DNA from: Bryobacterales bacterium
Lineage (GTDB): Bacteria > Acidobacteriota > Terriglobia > Bryobacterales > Bryobacteraceae
Length of the DNA stretch: 64,000 bases
Direction of reading: 5' to 3'
Assembly: GCA_963846175.1 (NCBI GenBank)
Contig: CAWJUX010000002.1
Location: forward strand, 20-64,019
Shown here piece by piece: positions 36,716 to 47,126 of this stretch. The position numbers were made by a program, and so were the translations under genes. Every line of letters begins with the position of its first letter. Positions within the stretch are counted from its first letter, which is position 1. The notes beneath the pieces were generated by a model. It was not told the DNA's origin. It saw only the letters and a list, made by a program, of their open reading frames with translations, and ran no database searches.

Positions 36716-37201
36716 CTACCCACCACTACGGGCAAAATTAATCGAATCCACATTAGGCGGCGTCCTGCCCAACGCACGCAGAAACCCAACCACCTGACCC
36801 CGATGATGCGTGGAATGGTTCACCACATGCAAAATGATCTTCCAAAGCGGTTGCCGCCACGGATTCCCCTTCAAATCCGAATACAGCAAATCCCCGGCCG
36901 CATCCTGAGCAGTAAGCCCGTCACACCGCGCAATCCATCGTTCACTCATCCCTGGCCAATTTTCATGAAGCGAAGCCAGCGCGTCATCCCCGGCAACCCG
37001 AAACTCAAGCGCCTGCCCCTCTATCCGCCCGAGCCAAATCCGCTCCGCGCGATAGATATGCGCCAAAGTCCCGCAAACCGATTGATCCGCCGTTCCGAAA
37101 TCCCGCACCAACTCATCGCCGCTCAACTCGCTCACGGCCTCTATAATCCGGGCATTCGCCCAAGCCGCGTACCGAACCTGATACCGCAAAGTTTCCAACA
37201 T
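36716..37201 (-). CDS. DinB-family (DinB_2) metal-dependent four-helix-bundle protein
   Basis: YAAWANARIIEAV...GTLAHIYRAERIW...HVVNHSTHHRGQV motifs. Confidence 0.85.
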   Translation of the reverse strand: MLETLRYQVRYAAWANARIIEAVSELSGDELVRDFGTADQSVCGTLAHIYRAERIWLGRIEGQALEFRVAGDDALASLHENWPGMSERWIARCDGLTAQDAAGDLLYSDLKGNPWRQPLWKIILHVVNHSTHHRGQVVGFLRALGRTPPNVDSINFARSGG

Positions 37202-37212
37202 CTAAATTCGCC

Positions 37213-38106
37213 TCACTGATGCGCCGTCAAGCGCCGGATCTCAAACCCAACTCCGGTCTGCCGGAAAACATCCCCGAGCAACCGCTCAATCTCGTCAAAC
37301 CCACGCTCGCCGAACGCCGCAACCGACGGCCCGGCCCCGCTCAAACACACCCCTAGTAAATCCGGGTGCTCCAACGCCAGCAACTCCGCCAAACCGGGAA
37401 TCAGCTTTTGCCGGTGAGGCTGATGAATCCGGTCCTGAAAGGCCTGCCGCAACACCCCAAAATTGGCCGTTAACAACCCATATAAAAGCAAACTACACCG
37501 CTGAATGTTGAACACCGCATCCTCGCGGGAAATCATCTCCTGCAAAGCCTCGCGCGACGCGACAGTCGAAAGCGGAAAATGCGGCGTCAGGACCAGAATG
37601 CCCAACGCCTCCGGCCAGCACATCCGGGCGGCAAACGCGGAACGGTCCGGCATCTGGCAACTGATGGTCAAGCCGCCCAGCAAAGCCGCCGCCACATTGT
37701 CAGGATGCCCCTCCAGCGCGCAAGCGGCATTTAACAAACCCTGCTCCGGCAGATGCCCCGCAATGGCTTCATACAGCCGCAGTCCCGCCACCGTAGCCGC
37801 GGCGCTGCTGCCCAAGCCGCTCTTCATGGGAATTTCCGTCCGCATGATCACATGCATTGACGGAAATTCTTCGCCCTGCTGCCGCGCTAAAAACCGGAAA
37901 GCGCGCTCAACATAGTTTTCGCCATCCACGCGGCAATCGGCAAACTCGAACTGCAACTCCCCAAAACCGTTCAGCGGAGTGACGTGCAAATGCAGATACA
38001 GCCGCACGGCCACCGCCAAAGTATCGAAGCCCGGGCCCAGGTTCGCAATCGACGCCGGAACTTTGATCTCGATGCCGGCTGCCGGAATCCGGCTATACAT
38101 GCACAC
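37213..38106 (-). CDS. thrB: homoserine kinase
   Basis: PASIANLGPGFDTLAVAV and PMKSGLGSSAAATVAG (GHMP kinase motif). It overlaps thrC by 14 nt. Confidence 0.9.
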   Translation of the reverse strand: MCMYSRIPAAGIEIKVPASIANLGPGFDTLAVAVRLYLHLHVTPLNGFGELQFEFADCRVDGENYVERAFRFLARQQGEEFPSMHVIMRTEIPMKSGLGSSAAATVAGLRLYEAIAGHLPEQGLLNAACALEGHPDNVAAALLGGLTISCQMPDRSAFAARMCWPEALGILVLTPHFPLSTVASREALQEMISREDAVFNIQRCSLLLYGLLTANFGVLRQAFQDRIHQPHRQKLIPGLAELLALEHPDLLGVCLSGAGPSVAAFGERGFDEIERLLGDVFRQTGVGFEIRRLTAHQ

Positions 38107-39316
38107 CCGTGGTGCTTGCAGTCGTTTGCTTGTGCCGCTTGATGATGTAGTCGGTGTCTTTCAGGACGTGTCCGGTAAGGACCGCCACTACAGTTGCATC
38201 CTGGTCCAGTTCGCCTCGCAGATACAGCTTGCGAAGGCCCGCGAGCGTGGTGGCCGACGCTGGTTCGCAACCGATGCCATCCCGCCCGATCCGTTCCTTC
38301 GCCTCGCCAATTTCTTCGTCCGTCACATCCATGACGAAGCCGCCCGAAAATCGAATCCCCTGCAAAGATTTCTTCCAGGACCGCGGATTGCCAATACGAA
38401 TGGCCGTCGCCAGCGTCTCGGGTTTCGCAACCGCCGTCAATTCGTTCGCCCCTGAATCCCACATGCGGAACAACGGGTTTGCGCCGCTCGCTTGTACTAC
38501 GATGATGTGCGGAATTTTGTCGATCAAGCCGTAGTGTTTCAGCTCGATGAAGGCTTTGCCGAAAGCTGACGAATTGCCCAGATTGCCACCGGGAACCACC
38601 AGGTAATCCGGAATGCGCCATGCCATTTGTTCCAGCATCTCGAACATAGCCGTCTTCTGGCCCTCAATCCGAAAGGGGTTGATGGAATTCAGGAAATACA
38701 GATCAGGGTCATTGCCGTTAAGCAAGGCGTTCAGCGCATCGTCGAAGCTGCCCGCTATCTGGACGGTTTCAGCTCCATAGTCCAGCGCTTGCGCCAGCTT
38801 GTTCGCGGAAGCTTGGCCCGCCGGCAGATAGACACGTCCCACCACTCCGGCGCGGGCCGCATACGCTGCCAGCGAAGCCGCCGTATTGCCGGTGGAAGCG
38901 CAAGCCACAGCTTTTGCTCCCATGAATTTCGCTTCCGTCATGCCGGCCGTCATGCCCAGATCTTTGAAGCTGCCCGTTGGATTGAAGCCCAGATGCTTGA
39001 AACGAAGATCTTTCAGCCCTACCCATGCCGCTGTCATTTGCCCGCGCAGCAGGGGCGTGTTGCCCTCATTCAGGGTGACAATGCCATCCGGCCCATAGGT
39101 ATCAGGAAGGAATTCGCGAAAGCGCCACACGCCGCTGGCGTCGCGTGGACTGTAAGAAGTGCGGCGCTCCAGCCAAGTCCGCTTCAGGTCCTCCGGTTCG
39201 AATGACCCAGGGTCCACAACTACTTCCAGCAACTCCCCGCAAACAGGACACGCAAGTGCCCGGTCGTGCAGGTCGAGAGTTGCGCCACACTCGCTGATGC
39301 TACATCGCAGATGCAT
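38093..39316 (-). CDS. thrC: threonine synthase
   Basis: N-terminal Cys4 zinc ribbon, NPTGSFKDLGMT (PLP lysine), STGNTAAS. Confidence 0.9.
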   Translation of the reverse strand: MHLRCSISECGATLDLHDRALACPVCGELLEVVVDPGSFEPEDLKRTWLERRTSYSPRDASGVWRFREFLPDTYGPDGIVTLNEGNTPLLRGQMTAAWVGLKDLRFKHLGFNPTGSFKDLGMTAGMTEAKFMGAKAVACASTGNTAASLAAYAARAGVVGRVYLPAGQASANKLAQALDYGAETVQIAGSFDDALNALLNGNDPDLYFLNSINPFRIEGQKTAMFEMLEQMAWRIPDYLVVPGGNLGNSSAFGKAFIELKHYGLIDKIPHIIVVQASGANPLFRMWDSGANELTAVAKPETLATAIRIGNPRSWKKSLQGIRFSGGFVMDVTDEEIGEAKERIGRDGIGCEPASATTLAGLRKLYLRGELDQDATVVAVLTGHVLKDTDYIIKRHKQTTASTTGVHV

Positions 39317-39405
39317 GCCGAAACCTAACTTAACATCCGCTCAAACCACTAACCCAGCTGAGCGTTCCGTTGTGATAACGTGTTGCCGAAGGCCCGAATT
39401 TCAAT

Positions 39406-40419
39406 ATGCGTCTGCAATACCTTTTCCTCTTCCCCCTTATGATGAGCGTTATGTTCGCAGGTTCCGGCGGATCAGGTACCGCCACTACAGGTCATGGTTT
39501 CGTCCTCACCGCTAATAAAGGTGCTCACACGATGGGGATCATTGATCCCGTCAGCATGAAGCAGATCGCCGAAGTTGCCGAAGACGGCGTGACGGGCCAT
39601 GAGGTCATCGCCTCTCCCGATGGCAAGTTCGCCTATGTTCCGATTTACGGTAACTCCGGTGTCGGAAAGCCAGGAACCGACGGCAGGAACATGGTGGTGG
39701 TTGACGTCGACGCTCGAAAAGTCATCGGAAATGTCGATTTCGGCAAAGGCGTGCGCCCCCACTGCCCGGTTTTCGACGCGAAGCGCAATCTGCTCTATGT
39801 GACCACCGAACTGGAAAACAGCATCACCATCATTGATCCCAAGACGTTGAAGATAGTGGGCTCCGTCCCCACCGGCCAACCCGAATCGCACATGTTCACC
39901 CTTTCACATAACGGGCATTTGGGCTATACCGCGAACGTTGGCCCCGGAACGGTTTCGGTTCTTGACATGGACGCTCACAAAACTCTGGCCGTCATTCCCA
40001 TTTCCAAGACTACCCAGCGCATCTCCATCTCGCCTGACGACTCCATGGTTTTCACCGCTGACCAGGTAACGCCCCGTCTGGCAGTGATCGACACCAAGAG
40101 CAACACTGTAAAGCACTGGATTCCCCTCGATGCCGCCGGTTATGGCACGGCGCCCACGCCCGATGGCAAATATCTGGTCGTGGCAGTACCCAGCGCCCAT
40201 CAGGTAGCGGTTGTTGATCTGCACAGCATGGAAGTCGTTCATAAAATTGCTGTGCCCGCCTCGCCGCAAGCTGTAGCCATCCGTCCCGATGGCAAAATGG
40301 CCTACATCTCCTGCGACATCGCCAGCAAGGTAGCCGCCCTAAATTTGACCGACTGGTCTGTCAGCACCATCGACGCCGGTAAAGGCACTGACGGAATCAC
40401 CTGGGCCCGTGCCAACTAG
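39406..40419 (+). CDS. secreted YVTN-family beta-propeller repeat protein
   Basis: Signal-like N-terminus. Repeated units such as SPDGKFAYV, LYVTTELENSITIID, GYTANVGPGTVSVLD, VFTADQVTPRLAVID, LVVAVPSAHQVAVVD. Confidence 0.8.
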   Translation: MRLQYLFLFPLMMSVMFAGSGGSGTATTGHGFVLTANKGAHTMGIIDPVSMKQIAEVAEDGVTGHEVIASPDGKFAYVPIYGNSGVGKPGTDGRNMVVVDVDARKVIGNVDFGKGVRPHCPVFDAKRNLLYVTTELENSITIIDPKTLKIVGSVPTGQPESHMFTLSHNGHLGYTANVGPGTVSVLDMDAHKTLAVIPISKTTQRISISPDDSMVFTADQVTPRLAVIDTKSNTVKHWIPLDAAGYGTAPTPDGKYLVVAVPSAHQVAVVDLHSMEVVHKIAVPASPQAVAIRPDGKMAYISCDIASKVAALNLTDWSVSTIDAGKGTDGITWARAN

Positions 40420-40796
40420 CTGTTTCTAGTGCTCGCCCTGCCCAAAATATCTGGCAGGTTCTGGACAAAGGCCGAACGAGCCAGCACCGTGTCGCAGCCG
40501 GCATCGACTGCGGCTGCGCGCAGCTCTGTTTGTACGTGCGAGACAAATGCAAGTAAAGGGATAGACCGGAGCGCTTCATCGGCTTTGCAAGCCTTGATAG
40601 TCTCCAGTGGTTCGCCGGCAACATAGTTCAGATCGATGATGATCAGTACAGGCTGAGCTGCGGCGCGTTCCAGCAAGGCTGTCTTGGTTTTTACAACCAG
40701 CGTTGATAGTGCAGCCCTCTTAGCCGCTTCTTGTATGCGGACCATGAACATCAGATCCTCCATCAGTGCAATTACTTGGTCATTAGGGTTTGTCAT
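40416..40796 (-). CDS. receiver-domain-like protein (atypical response regulator)
   Basis: VLIIIDLN (phospho-Asp position), LLAFVSH, AGCDTVLAR. ATG 40796; the ORF track opens at 40829. Confidence 0.55.
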   Translation of the reverse strand: MTNPNDQVIALMEDLMFMVRIQEAAKRAALSTLVVKTKTALLERAAAQPVLIIIDLNYVAGEPLETIKACKADEALRSIPLLAFVSHVQTELRAAAVDAGCDTVLARSAFVQNLPDILGRASTRNS

Positions 40797-40877
40797 TGAA
40801 TTGGAAGATCGAATGCAACGTAGGCGCATCGATTCCCTTTTGCGTTACTTCAAATTGGTCTTATCATCGAGTAAGCT

Positions 40878-42447
40878 ATGGGCGTAATCACACAGACGGT
40901 TTCAGAACTGGGGTCGCTTGAAAGCAACCCGCTCCAGGACCCCTTAAGATTCGCTCGGCAAATACCGCCTTGCGCAATTGTAATCTTCGGCGCAAGCGGC
41001 GATCTGTCGAAACGAAAACTTCTTCCCTCGCTCTACCGGCTTTTTTACGAGCGCCGCATTTCCCAAAATTTTGCCGTTATCGGCAGTTCGCGTACTCCCA
41101 TGTCGGACGCGCAGTTTCGCGATCGCATGAAGGAATCGGTCTCCAAGTTTCTGGAAGACGCGCCGTTCGATGAGGATGTTTGGAAGTCGTTCGAACAGTC
41201 CTTGTTCTACGTGCCCGGCGATCTCACCAATCCCCCTTCCTACGATGACCTCGGGAAGAAACTGGATGAGGTTGAGAAATCACACCAGACCGGCGGCAAC
41301 GTTCTGTTCTATTTGTCCACGCAGCCTAGCCATTATGCCGACGCCATCAAAGAACTGGGCGCGCATAATCTGGCCAAAGGCAATGGCTGGCGTCGAGTCA
41401 TTATCGAGAAACCCTTCGGCCATGATCTGCAGAGCGCGCTCAAACTCAACGAAGAGATTCACACCGTCTTCGATGAATCGGACATTTACCGGATCGATCA
41501 TTATCTTGGCAAAGAAACCGTCCAGAACATCCTGGCTTTCCGTTTCGGCAATGGCATCTTTGAGCCGCTGTGGAATCGCCGCTATGTCAGACCACGTGCA
41601 GATTACGGCGGCTGAAAGTATTGGCGTAGAAGGGCGCGGCGGCTACTATCAGGAAGCCGGCGCTTTGCGCGACATGATTCAGAACCACTTGAGCCAGGTG
41701 ATGGCGACCGTGGCCATGGAACCTCCTACGGTTTTCGATGCGGAAAACGTGCGTGACGAACGTGCCAAGTTGCTGCGGGCCGTGCGCGTCATGAAGCCCG
41801 AAGATGTTCCGACATATGCGGTAGCGGGTCAGTACGGGCCCGCGAAGGTGGGCGGTCAGGATCTGCCGGGCTTTCGGGAGGAGCCGAGCGTCGATCCCGA
41901 TGCGCAAACCGATACCTATGCAGCGGTCACATTTTTCATCGACAATTGGCGCTGGGCCGGCGTTCCGTTCTACATCCGCACCGGCAAGCGCATGCCGAAG
42001 CGCGTTACTGACATTGCAATTCAATTTCATGCGCCGCCCTTAGGTTTATTCACGCAGGAAACCAAAGGCGGCTTGCGCGAGGCGCGGCCGAACTTGCTGG
42101 TGTTGAGAATTCAGCCGGAAGAGGGCATATCCTTGCGCTTCGTATCGAAGAGCCCGGGTAGCGGCATGCGCGTGCGCCCGGTTTCCATGGACTTCAATTA
42201 CGGTTCCAGCTTCGGCGAACGAACTCCCACCGCCTACGAAACTCTGCTGGTGGACGCGATGGCCGGCGATCCCACACTCTACACTCGCCAGGACATGGTG
42301 GAAGCGAGCTGGCGAATTGTTCAGCCGGTGCTTGAAGTCTGGGCCAAAACGAAATTTGATTTTCCGAATTATCCATCTGGCAGTTGGGGTCCGAAAGAAT
42401 CGGACGAGATGCTGGCGCGCCAGGGCCATGTTTGGAGGGTGCCATGA
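40878..42447 (+). pseudogene. zwf: glucose-6-phosphate dehydrogenase, reading frame broken once (+1) near 41589
   Basis: The N-part (frame 0) carries IFGASGDLSKRKL, RIDHYLGKE and FEPLWNRRYV. The continuation DHVQITAAESIGVEGRGGYY...RDMIQNHL lies in frame +1. Frame 0 stops at 41613..41615. Confidence 0.85.
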
Positions 42448-43464
42448 GCAGCACAGTGATTTTTCCGGCGCAGCCCGAGCAGATTTTGAAAGGCCTCGGC
42501 AAGCTCTGGACCACGCTGGGCCAGGAAGAAAAGGGCCAGGGCAAACCAACCGTTCTGCGCGCCTGCGCCATGACCTTGATTGTGGCCACAGATGAAGATG
42601 ATCAGGGCTTTACCGCGTCGCAAACTATTTCAGACTTGATGAAGGAGCATCCCAGCCGGGGAATCGTGCTCTGCGTCAATAGCGAGGCGGAACACAGCCT
42701 GGAAGCCCGAGTTCTGGCCAAATGTTGGAAACCGTTCGGGAAAGCGCAGCAGATTTGTTGCGAGGAAATAGAGATTACCGCGAAACCCGAGAGCTGGCCG
42801 AACGTCGCGCCCGACACTGGTGGGACTGGTAGCTGCGGATTTGCCGGCGATCTTCTGGTGCCGCCATTTGGCCGCGCTTCGCAAAGATGCAACCAAGGCA
42901 CAGAAGGCCGGGCTAGCCGCAATTGTCGATCTGGTCCACAAAGTGATATTCGACTCGCGTGATTTAACTGCGCAAGATGCGATTGATCTGATCACCCGAT
43001 GGCAGAATCAAAATCGAGTAGTGGCGGATCTGGCTTGGACGCGTTTGACTCCATGGCGTGAGCCGCTCAGCCATGTTTTCGATAACGAATCCCGGCAGAA
43101 CACTTTCTATAATTTTCATAGTTTTGAAATCGAACACACCGAAGAAGAGCCATCGCTTACTGCTCTCTACATGGGGGCCTGGCTTTCCAGCGCGACCAAG
43201 GCCAAGGTCAAAATTTCAAAGGTGAAGGGATTTGCGCCCGGATTGCAAAGAGTGGTCCTGCACTCCAACGACGAAACCATTGAATTTGTCAGAGAAGGTC
43301 CGGCCTGCGCCACTCTCAAAAGCACCAATGGCCGCTCGCGCCGCTACAATTTTGGCGAGCCTTCGTTAACTGCATTGATGACGGAAGAATTAGCTGTCCC
43401 CGGAAGTGATCCGGCGTTTAACGCTGCCTTTGCGCGCGTAAAAGAGTTGGTGGCGCACGACTGA
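42444..43464 (+). pseudogene. opcA: OpcA-like G6PD assembly protein, reading frame broken once (+1) near 42816
   Basis: ATG overlaps the zwf stop (ATGA). The N-part runs to ...ITAKPESWPNVAPD in frame 0. The continuation LVGLVAADLPAIFWCRH...DLAWTRLTPWRE is in frame +1. Confidence 0.8.
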
Positions 43465-44173
43465 TGGAAGCAAAAATCAAAGTGGCGGATTCGCCTCAAG
43501 AAGCGGCCGCCAATTGTGCGGCCTTCATTCTGGATGTTCTGAAGGACGCACAAGACACCCACGATAGCAATCTCCGGCGGAACTACGCCGAAGCTTTTAT
43601 TCGAGGATTTAGCCCGTTCCGGATTTGACTGGTCAAATGTTCATGTCTTTTGGGTGGATGAGCGCTGCGTGCCGCCCACAGATCCGGCCAGCAATTTCAA
43701 ACTTGCGAATGATGCGTGGTTTGTTCCCGCGAAATTTCCGCACGTCGAACATTCATCGGGTTTTTGGGGAATTGGAACCCGCTGAGGGCGGCAAGAAGTA
43801 CGCCGAGGAACTGGTCAAATTCTTCAAGCTCGGCCCCGGAGAAATTCCTGTCTTCGATGTGCTGCATCGCGGCATGGGCGCCGATGGGCATACTGCGAGC
43901 TTGTTTCCAGGCAGCGAGTTGGTGAATGACCGCACGGGAATCGCAACGAATGTCTGGGTTGAGAAGACCAAGATGCATCGTGTCACCCTGCTGCCCGCTG
44001 TACTCATGGCCGCGCGAACCACTGTACTTCAAGTGTCTGGCGCCGACAAGGCAGACGCGTTGAAAAGCGTGATTGAAGGTCCTGAAGACTGGATGCAGTT
44101 TCCGTGTCAGATTGCGAGCCGTGATCCAAGAACGACGTGGTTTCTGGATCAAGCCGCGGCCGCAAAGCTCTAG
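43464..44173 (+). pseudogene. pgl: 6-phosphogluconolactonase, reading frame broken twice (+1, +1)
   Basis: Frame 0: MEAKIKVADSPQEAAANCAAFILDVLKDAQDT. Frame 1: IAISGGTTPKLLFEDLARSGFDWSNVHVFWVDERCVPPTDPASNF...AKFP. Frame 2: SNIHRVFGE...GMGADGHTASLFPGS...WFLDQAAAAKL. Confidence 0.8.
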
Positions 44174-45077
44174 GTGAGCGCGGTCTTTTCTCGCGCTGCT
44201 TCTCGCATTCGCATTGCGCGGCCAGGCCGCGGATGCGTACAATCGGCTGATTTTTGCCGGCGATGTCATGTTCTCGCGCGACGTGCGGCGTCAGATTCTG
44301 GCTTGCGGCGACATGGCCATGCCGTTTCGAAAAATCGCGCCACTACTGGCTGCGTCCGATTTGGCATTCGTGAATCTGGAGTCGCCGTTTTCCGATCAAG
44401 GACCGTATTATCCGGGAGGTTTGATATTCCACGCGGCACCGGATATGATCAGCGGCCTGGAACTGGCGCACGTCGCGGTTGTCTCAACCGCGAATAATCA
44501 TGCGCGAGACTGCGGACCGCACGGCGTGGAATTCACGGTTAAATGGCTGCGGCAACATGGCATGTACGCGGTCGGCAGCGGTTTAGACCAGGACCAGACA
44601 CATGCCGGCGTGGTGGTGACCCGGCATGGTGTGCGGTTTGGATTTCTGGGCTATACGTTTGATCAGAGCAATGGCAACTGGAAAGATGTCGACCCGCGTG
44701 TCGCGCTGGCTGATGTGAAAACGATGCAGGCGGATGTTCGCCGGATGAAAGAACATGCCGATGTGGTGATTGTTTCCATGCATCACGGCATTGAGTACCA
44801 GACGAAGCCGTCGGCCGCGCAGATTGAGTTCGCGCATGCAGCCATTGATGCGGGAGCAACTTTGGTTGTAGGACATCATCCCCATGTGATTGAGCCCACG
44901 GAGCTGTATGGCGGGGGAGAAATCATTTACTCGCTGGGCAACTTTGTGTTTGATCAATACCAGCGCGAAGCCACGCAACACGGCGAGATAGTGCAGATCT
45001 CGTTTGTGGGCCACCGCATTTTGGCGACCCACATTATTCCGGTCCTGATCACGAAGACCGGACCGGAAGTGGAATAA
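44174..45077 (+). CDS. CapA-family (PGA_cap, metallophosphatase-like) protein; start region out of frame
   Basis: [28 protein letters not shown] and GHHPHV motifs. The in-frame upstream codons 44178..44213 encode a signal-peptide core ([12 protein letters not shown]) but contain no start codon. The only nearby start, GTG 44174, is one nucleotide out of frame. Confidence 0.75.
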
Positions 45078-45078
45078 T

Positions 45079-46062
45079 CTAGTTGCCGGTGGGGCGCTCG
45101 ACGTGGCCGCCGAACTTGAAGCGCATGGCGGAGAGCACCTTTTCAGCAAAGGTCTGTTCGCGGCGGGAGCGGAAACGCGTGAAGAGAGCCGATGCGAGGA
45201 CTTCGCATGAGACAGCTTCTTCAATAGCGGCATTGATGGTCCAGCGGCCTTCACCGGAGTCTTCCACCTTGCCGCTGAATTCGGAGAGGTTAGGATTCTC
45301 CACCAGAGCCATGGCCGTGAGATCCAGCAGCCAGGAACCGACCACGCTGCCACGACGCCAGAGTTCTGCGATGTCGGAGACGTTCAGATCAAAACGCTCG
45401 TCTTCGGGAAGGTCAGTGGAGTTCTTGTTCACCATGATGTCGAAACCTTCGGCGTAGGCTTGCATCACGCCATACTCGATGCCGTTGTGCACCATCTTGA
45501 CGAAGTGACCAGAGCCGGCGGGGCCAGTGTGCAGATAGCCTTGCTCGGATGTGCCTGGAATCTTATCGCGGCCGGGCGTGCGTTCAATGGTACCGATGCC
45601 GGGCGAGAGAGTTGCGAAGATGGGCTCCAGGCGAGCGAAAGCCTCCTTGGATCCGCCGATCATCAGACAATAGCCGCGTTCAAGGCCCCACACGCCGCCG
45701 CTGGTTCCCGCGTCCATATAATCGATTCCGCGCTTCTTCAGTTCCGCGGCGCGCCGAATATCGTCTTTGTAGAAACTATTGCCACCATCAATGATGGTGT
45801 CGCCTTCTTCCATGGCTGCGGCTAGTGCCTGGACCGTCGATTCGGTGGCTTTGCCTGAAGGCACCATGACCCAAACTGCACGAGGTTTAGCGAGCTTTTT
45901 GACCAGGTCTTCGAGTGACGATGCGCCCTCCGCACCATCCGCTACCACCTTTTTCACGTTCTCCGGATTCAGATCGAAGACGGTGCAAGTATGCCCGCCT
46001 TTGCCCAATCTCCGGCTCATGTTTGCGCCCATGCGCCCCAGACCTACCAAGCCAATTTGCAT
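45079..46062 (-). CDS. gnd: 6-phosphogluconate dehydrogenase, decarboxylating (short Gnd/YqeC type)
   Basis: [19 protein letters not shown] Rossmann N-terminus, GGNS..D motif, [16 protein letters not shown]. Confidence 0.85.
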   Translation of the reverse strand: MQIGLVGLGRMGANMSRRLGKGGHTCTVFDLNPENVKKVVADGAEGASSLEDLVKKLAKPRAVWVMVPSGKATESTVQALAAAMEEGDTIIDGGNSFYKDDIRRAAELKKRGIDYMDAGTSGGVWGLERGYCLMIGGSKEAFARLEPIFATLSPGIGTIERTPGRDKIPGTSEQGYLHTGPAGSGHFVKMVHNGIEYGVMQAYAEGFDIMVNKNSTDLPEDERFDLNVSDIAELWRRGSVVGSWLLDLTAMALVENPNLSEFSGKVEDSGEGRWTINAAIEEAVSCEVLASALFTRFRSRREQTFAEKVLSAMRFKFGGHVERPTGN

Positions 46063-46136
46063 TGTTTCTCCTTTGCCGCCGCGATTTGTGTCGAAATACT
46101 GACCGCCACCTGATAGCTTAACTTCTTTGCCCTTAT

Positions 46137-47126
46137 ATGAGTCCTAACAACCGGCTTTCGTATCGGATTTGCTCCGCAGTAATTTTGGCAGGGCTTTTGA
46201 GTCTTGGCATCGGCTGTAACCGCGATCACGTCACGACAGTGGCTATGATCCCGAAGGCCAGCGCCGATCTTTTCTGGCAGAGCGTCCATGCGGGCGCCGT
46301 GAAGAGCGCGCTGGACCACAACGTTCGAATTGTCTGGGATGGTCCGCCGAATGAGACGGATATCGCCACGGAAATGCAGATTGTCGAGACCATGATCAAC
46401 CGCCATGTGGATGCCCTGGCGCTGGCGCCGTCGGACCGTTCGGCATTCAAAATTGTGGTTGAGCGTGCCGCCGTGGCCAAGATCCCTGTGATTATCTACG
46501 ATTCGGGGATTGACTCTGAGAATTACACGACATTTGTGGCCACTGACAACTATCTGGGCGGTGAGATGGGCGCCGACCGATTGGGTCAGTTGTTGAAGGG
46601 AAAGGGACAAATCGTGATGGTGAAGACGACCCCGGGCGGTGCGTCGACTACCGCACGCGAGGACGGATTCCGGCATGAATTAAATGAGAAATTTCCGGCG
46701 ATCAAGATACTCGATGAACGTTATGGGATGGCGAGCGTTGCGCAATCGTTAACCGTGACGGAGAACATGCTAACGGCGCATCCCGATCTGGATGGGATTT
46801 TCTGTTCGAACGAATCTGCTTCGACGGGCGCAGCGCAAGCGCTGAAGGGACGGCATATCAAGACCATCAAGCTGGTGGGTTTTGATTCAAGTCCCACCTT
46901 GATTTCCTTACTGAAGGATGGCTGGATTAATTCCCTGGTGATCCAGGATCCGTTTCGAATGGGGGAGACGGCTTTCAACGAGGCAATCGCTGCTTTGCGA
47001 GGGGAGAAGACTCCGAAGAAGATTTTTCTCCCGCCGCATTTGCTCGACATGGGTAATCTACATGATCCGGCGATTCAGGCTCAGCTCTTTCCAGATTTGA
47101 AAAAGTATTTGGGCAGCGTGGATTAG
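46137..47126 (+). CDS. periplasmic sugar-binding protein (RbsB/Peripla_BP_4-like), orphan
   Basis: Lipoprotein-like [25 protein letters not shown]...VDALALAP...PVIIYDSG...VATDNYLGG. No permease or ATPase gene is adjacent. Confidence 0.8.
   Translation: MSPNNRLSYRICSAVILAGLLSLGIGCNRDHVTTVAMIPKASADLFWQSVHAGAVKSALDHNVRIVWDGPPNETDIATEMQIVETMINRHVDALALAPSDRSAFKIVVERAAVAKIPVIIYDSGIDSENYTTFVATDNYLGGEMGADRLGQLLKGKGQIVMVKTTPGGASTTAREDGFRHELNEKFPAIKILDERYGMASVAQSLTVTENMLTAHPDLDGIFCSNESASTGAAQALKGRHIKTIKLVGFDSSPTLISLLKDGWINSLVIQDPFRMGETAFNEAIAALRGEKTPKKIFLPPHLLDMGNLHDPAIQAQLFPDLKKYLGSVD

Noticed and set aside
36450-37219. ORFs 36450..36797 (+) and 36614..37219 (+), Pro-rich
   Set aside because: This is the same compositional artefact. 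The second lies antisense to a well-supported DinB-family gene. No start context or protein-like features are present.
41584-42447. zwf as a naturally split two-polypeptide enzyme restarting at ATG 41584
   Set aside because: The break falls inside a conserved contiguous segment (RRYV|DHVQIT), not at the N/C domain boundary. Three neighbouring genes carry the same kind of lesion.
41583-44180. Programmed +1 ribosomal frameshifting as the explanation for the five shifts
   Set aside because: The sites share no slippery or hungry-codon motif (GTC-AGA, GAC-ACT, ACC-CAC, CCG-CAC, GTG-AGC). I saw no upstream SD-like stimulators or in-frame stops at the sites. One shift is directly after a start codon.
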